A stretch of 64,000 nucleotides of DNA from an uncultured Eubacteriales bacterium (GTDB lineage Bacteria > Bacillota > Clostridia > Oscillospirales > CAG-272). Of the stretch, positions 61,935 through 64,000 are shown one piece after another. The stretch is taken from contig CAVEFC010000003.1 in assembly GCA_963614875.1 (NCBI GenBank), positions 756 to 64,755 of the forward strand, written 5' to 3'. The translations under genes and the position numbers were made by a program. Below the pieces are notes generated by a model that saw nothing but the letters and a program-made list of their open reading frames with translations, was not told where the DNA came from and made no database searches. The first letter of the stretch is position 1, and each line of letters starts with the position of its first letter.

Positions 61935-62103
61935 CCGCAAATGATAAAACCGCCTTTACCCTACGGGAATCGATTCTCGCAGCTCTACGCTGCTCGGTCG
62001 TCGCGGCTCTGACAGCCTAGTTAAAGGCTGTCATTCACTACCGCTCCTTCGATTCCCTCGGAGCAAAAAAATAAAAGCACCCACAGGGTGCTTTTATTTT
62101 TTT
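61935..62103 (+). ncRNA. candidate small noncoding transcription unit (promoter to terminator) containing a tRNA-Glu 3'-half-like 15-mer; identity unknown
   Basis: TTGATA-16 nt-CATAAT at 61901..61928. Hairpins at 61979..61993, 62011..62032 and 62043..62064. Terminator AAAAGCACCC-ACA-GGGTGCTTTT plus a T-run at 62073..62103. No ORF with an RBS. No family recognised by eye. Confidence 0.3.
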
Positions 62104-62177
62104 GGTGACCCCTACGGGAATCGAACCCATGATTGCGCCGTGAGAGGGCGCCGTCTTAGCCGCTTGACCAAGGGGCC
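62103..62177 (-). tRNA. tRNA-Glu (anticodon CTC), CCA encoded
   Basis: Manual cloverleaf: acceptor GGCCCCT/AGGGGTC, anticodon stem GCGCC/GGCGC with loop CTCTCAC, and T arm ATGGG-TTCGATT-CCCGT. 75 nt. Confidence 0.9.
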
Positions 62178-62251
62178 ATAGTCCTTTGCGGAACAATGGT
62201 ATTATACCATACAGTTTTATAAAATGCAAGATGTTTTTTACTTATTTTTGA

Positions 62252-62905
62252 TTATTTTTTAAGATATTCTTCAAGGCAAAGCCCCGATTTTTTGATTTTT
62301 TCCGCATTTTCCTTGCCGACATAACGCCAATGCCACGGTTCAAAAGCAATTTTGGTTATATTCTCTTTGCCTTTCGGATAGCGCAGAATATAGCCGAAGC
62401 GATAAGCATTTTCGCAAAGCCAATCATAATACGGACTGTTTTCAAAATCCGTTGTGGCGGTGGCTCTGTCGTGCATATCAACGCAAAGTCCGCTCTGATG
62501 CTCGCTTTCTCCCGGGCGGGCTGTATAGCGCGCGGCGAGCTTTTCCGCTTTTTCGCGGCTGTAACCCATATTTTCATAGTCCTTTGCGGAGCTTTCAAAC
62601 AGATATTTTTGCATATCATAGCTTCTGTAGCCGCTGGTTACGGTTACGGGCGGAGCATCCGTGCCGAAATATTTTTCCATCGCGCAGATAAGCTTTTCAA
62701 GTGCGTCTGCGGCTTCTTTTGTTATTTTCTGAGCCGGTCTGCCGTCGGGACGCGTTGCTTTTATCTCCGTAAGTCCGCACGGAATAAAATCGCTTGGCAG
62801 GCGATTTTCCGAATTTACAAGCAGAATATCCGAAGCGTATATATTAAAAGAAAACAGCAAAGCAAAAAGCACGGCAAGAGCCGTGCTTTTTATAAATTTT
62901 GTCAT
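62252..62905 (-). CDS. VanY/M15B-family D-alanyl-D-alanine carboxypeptidase with signal peptide
   Basis: 217 aa. SGYRSY, ESEHQSGLCVD and EPWHWRY motifs, with an N-terminal hydrophobic leader. Confidence 0.85.
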   Translation of the reverse strand: MTKFIKSTALAVLFALLFSFNIYASDILLVNSENRLPSDFIPCGLTEIKATRPDGRPAQKITKEAADALEKLICAMEKYFGTDAPPVTVTSGYRSYDMQKYLFESSAKDYENMGYSREKAEKLAARYTARPGESEHQSGLCVDMHDRATATTDFENSPYYDWLCENAYRFGYILRYPKGKENITKIAFEPWHWRYVGKENAEKIKKSGLCLEEYLKK

Positions 62906-62951
62906 ATTTTCGCACCTCTTTTCGATATATGGTGCGACGGAAATGCAGGTT

Positions 62952-63725
62952 TTATTCGTTTATTCTGAATATTGTCTTTGCGTTTCCGACCTCTGCCTCG
63001 CAGAAAGCGTCATAATCCATACCGAGAAGCTCGGCGGCTTTTTCGGCGGTATAATGTATATATCCGCTGTGATTTGTTTTGCCGCGCACAGGCACGGGAG
63101 CAAGATACGGGCAGTCCGTTTCAACGAGAATTCTGTCCGGCGGAACAACCTTTGCCGCTTCGAGAAGCCTGCTTGCGTTTTTGAAGGTCAATGAACCGGA
63201 AAAGGATATATAATATCCGCGACGGAGGTATTCCTTTGCTTGTTCGGCGCTGCCGCTGTAACTGTGCAGAATTCCCCTGACATTCGGATGAGCGCAGACA
63301 ATGTCAAATACGTCGCCGTGTGCCTCTCTGTCGTGAATGATTATTGGCAGGGAATATTCCTCCGCAAGCGAGAGCTGCGCGTCGAAAAACTTTTTCTGCG
63401 TTTCTCTGTCCGAAAAATCGTAATAATAGTCAAGACCGATTTCGCCCAAGGCTTTGACCTTGCTTTTCGTAAGGAGCGGTTTTATTTTGTCGAGCGCGGA
63501 ATTTATTTCTCCTGCCGCGCCGCATTCGTGTGGATGAATTCCCGCGGCGGCGTACATTTTATCATACTTTTTCGCAAGCGCAATCGATTGCAGAGAGGTT
63601 GCCTCGTCCGTTCCGGCACAGAGAATTCCGCAGATATCGCCCGAAAAAAGAGAATTCAAAAGCTCTGTCGGATCGCCGAATTTTTCATCGGTATAATGGG
63701 CGTGAGTATCGAAAAGGGAAGTCAT
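62952..63725 (-). CDS. tatD: TatD-family metal-dependent hydrolase/DNase
   Basis: 257 aa. It starts LFDTHAHY and contains GEIGLDYY, IIHDREAH and ETDCPYL. 4-nt overlap with the metG stop. Confidence 0.92.
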   Translation of the reverse strand: MTSLFDTHAHYTDEKFGDPTELLNSLFSGDICGILCAGTDEATSLQSIALAKKYDKMYAAAGIHPHECGAAGEINSALDKIKPLLTKSKVKALGEIGLDYYYDFSDRETQKKFFDAQLSLAEEYSLPIIIHDREAHGDVFDIVCAHPNVRGILHSYSGSAEQAKEYLRRGYYISFSGSLTFKNASRLLEAAKVVPPDRILVETDCPYLAPVPVRGKTNHSGYIHYTAEKAAELLGMDYDAFCEAEVGNAKTIFRINE

Positions 63726-64000
63726 TGGTTGTTTTCGGCAAGCTCGGCTTCTATTTCGGAGAGCTTTTTCTGCTCGTCTATTCTTGCAAAAAGCACAAAC
63801 GATTCGCCGACATTTCCGCCTGCAGGAAGCAGACCGAACGTAGCGGCGCTTTCAAGCGCACTTGCATCTACTCCGAGCGAGGCAAGTATTTTTGCGGAGG
63901 CTTCCGGCATGGACGAGCCGAAAAGCACGCCTAAAATGCGGAGCGACTCGAGAAGATTATAGATAACCGTCGCAAGCTCTTCTTTTTTGCTTTCGTCCTT
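63722..64000 (-). CDS. metG: methionine--tRNA ligase, C-terminal fragment; the gene continues beyond the right edge of the window
   Basis: The frame is open to the window edge. Manual translation gives KDESKKEELATVIYNLLESLRILGVLFGSSMPEASAKIL..., a MetRS anticodon-binding region. The metG-tatD order is the same as in Bacillus. Confidence 0.85.
   Translation of the reverse strand, partial: KDESKKEELATVIYNLLESLRILGVLFGSSMPEASAKILASLGVDASALESAATFGLLPAGGNVGESFVLFARIDEQKKLSEIEAELAENNQ

Noticed and set aside
61941-62012. A 23-codon ORF (MIKPPLPYGNRFSQLYAARSSRL) inside the noncoding unit, considered as a possible small peptide or toxin.
   Set aside because: It has no Shine-Dalgarno sequence and no hydrophobic or toxin-like character. 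It overlaps the tRNA-like 15-mer, so it is probably fortuitous.

Overview
This window reads as core chromosome from a spore-forming Firmicute, probably a moderately GC-rich Clostridia lineage. The taxonomic call is an inference from gene content and was not computed. I recognised no transposase, integrase, phage gene, CRISPR array or known defence gene, and I found no convincing novel multi-gene system.

Gene content, left to right:
- rplJ fragment with an L10-leader-like attenuator.
- birA, mnmE, jag, yidC, yidD, rnpA and rpmH on the minus strand, with no dnaA next to rpmH.
- An amidase, then a PAP2 / methyltransferase / glcK operon.
- A tightly coupled hexosamine operon: GlmU-C-terminal-like acetyltransferase, glmM, glmS.
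- Two AI-2E transporter paralogs flanking SGNH, GNAT and tRNA-Arg(CCT).
- mntP, malQ, and a DUF4363/DUF421 pair.
- hprK, a yybS-like gene and gdpP.
- GH20, YitT and GH2 genes.
- rbfA, nrnA, truB.
- A gerA/gerB-like pair with no gerC.
- rplS, two membrane proteins, and alaS-mscL-HIT.
- rpoB, rpoC, rpsL, rpsG, fusA, tuf.
- An FMN riboswitch with ribU, then a SAM-I riboswitch with metK, a small ORF, recD2, comFC and vanY.
- tRNA-Glu(CTC), a second VanY-type peptidase, tatD and the metG 3' end.

The modest leads are:
- A promoter-to-terminator noncoding unit of about 170 nt next to tRNA-Glu that carries a 15-nt copy of the tRNA 3' half.
- An FMN riboswitch placed directly behind tuf with no room for its own promoter.
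- An S-box-led transcription unit that appears to run through recD2-comFC.
- A glmS operon without a glmS ribozyme.
- rpoBC uncoupled from rplJL, with its own promoter and a structured leader.

Many very long antisense ORFs in the supplied track are codon-aligned shadows of real genes and were rejected. All coordinates come from manual reading. No database or covariance-model search was possible.
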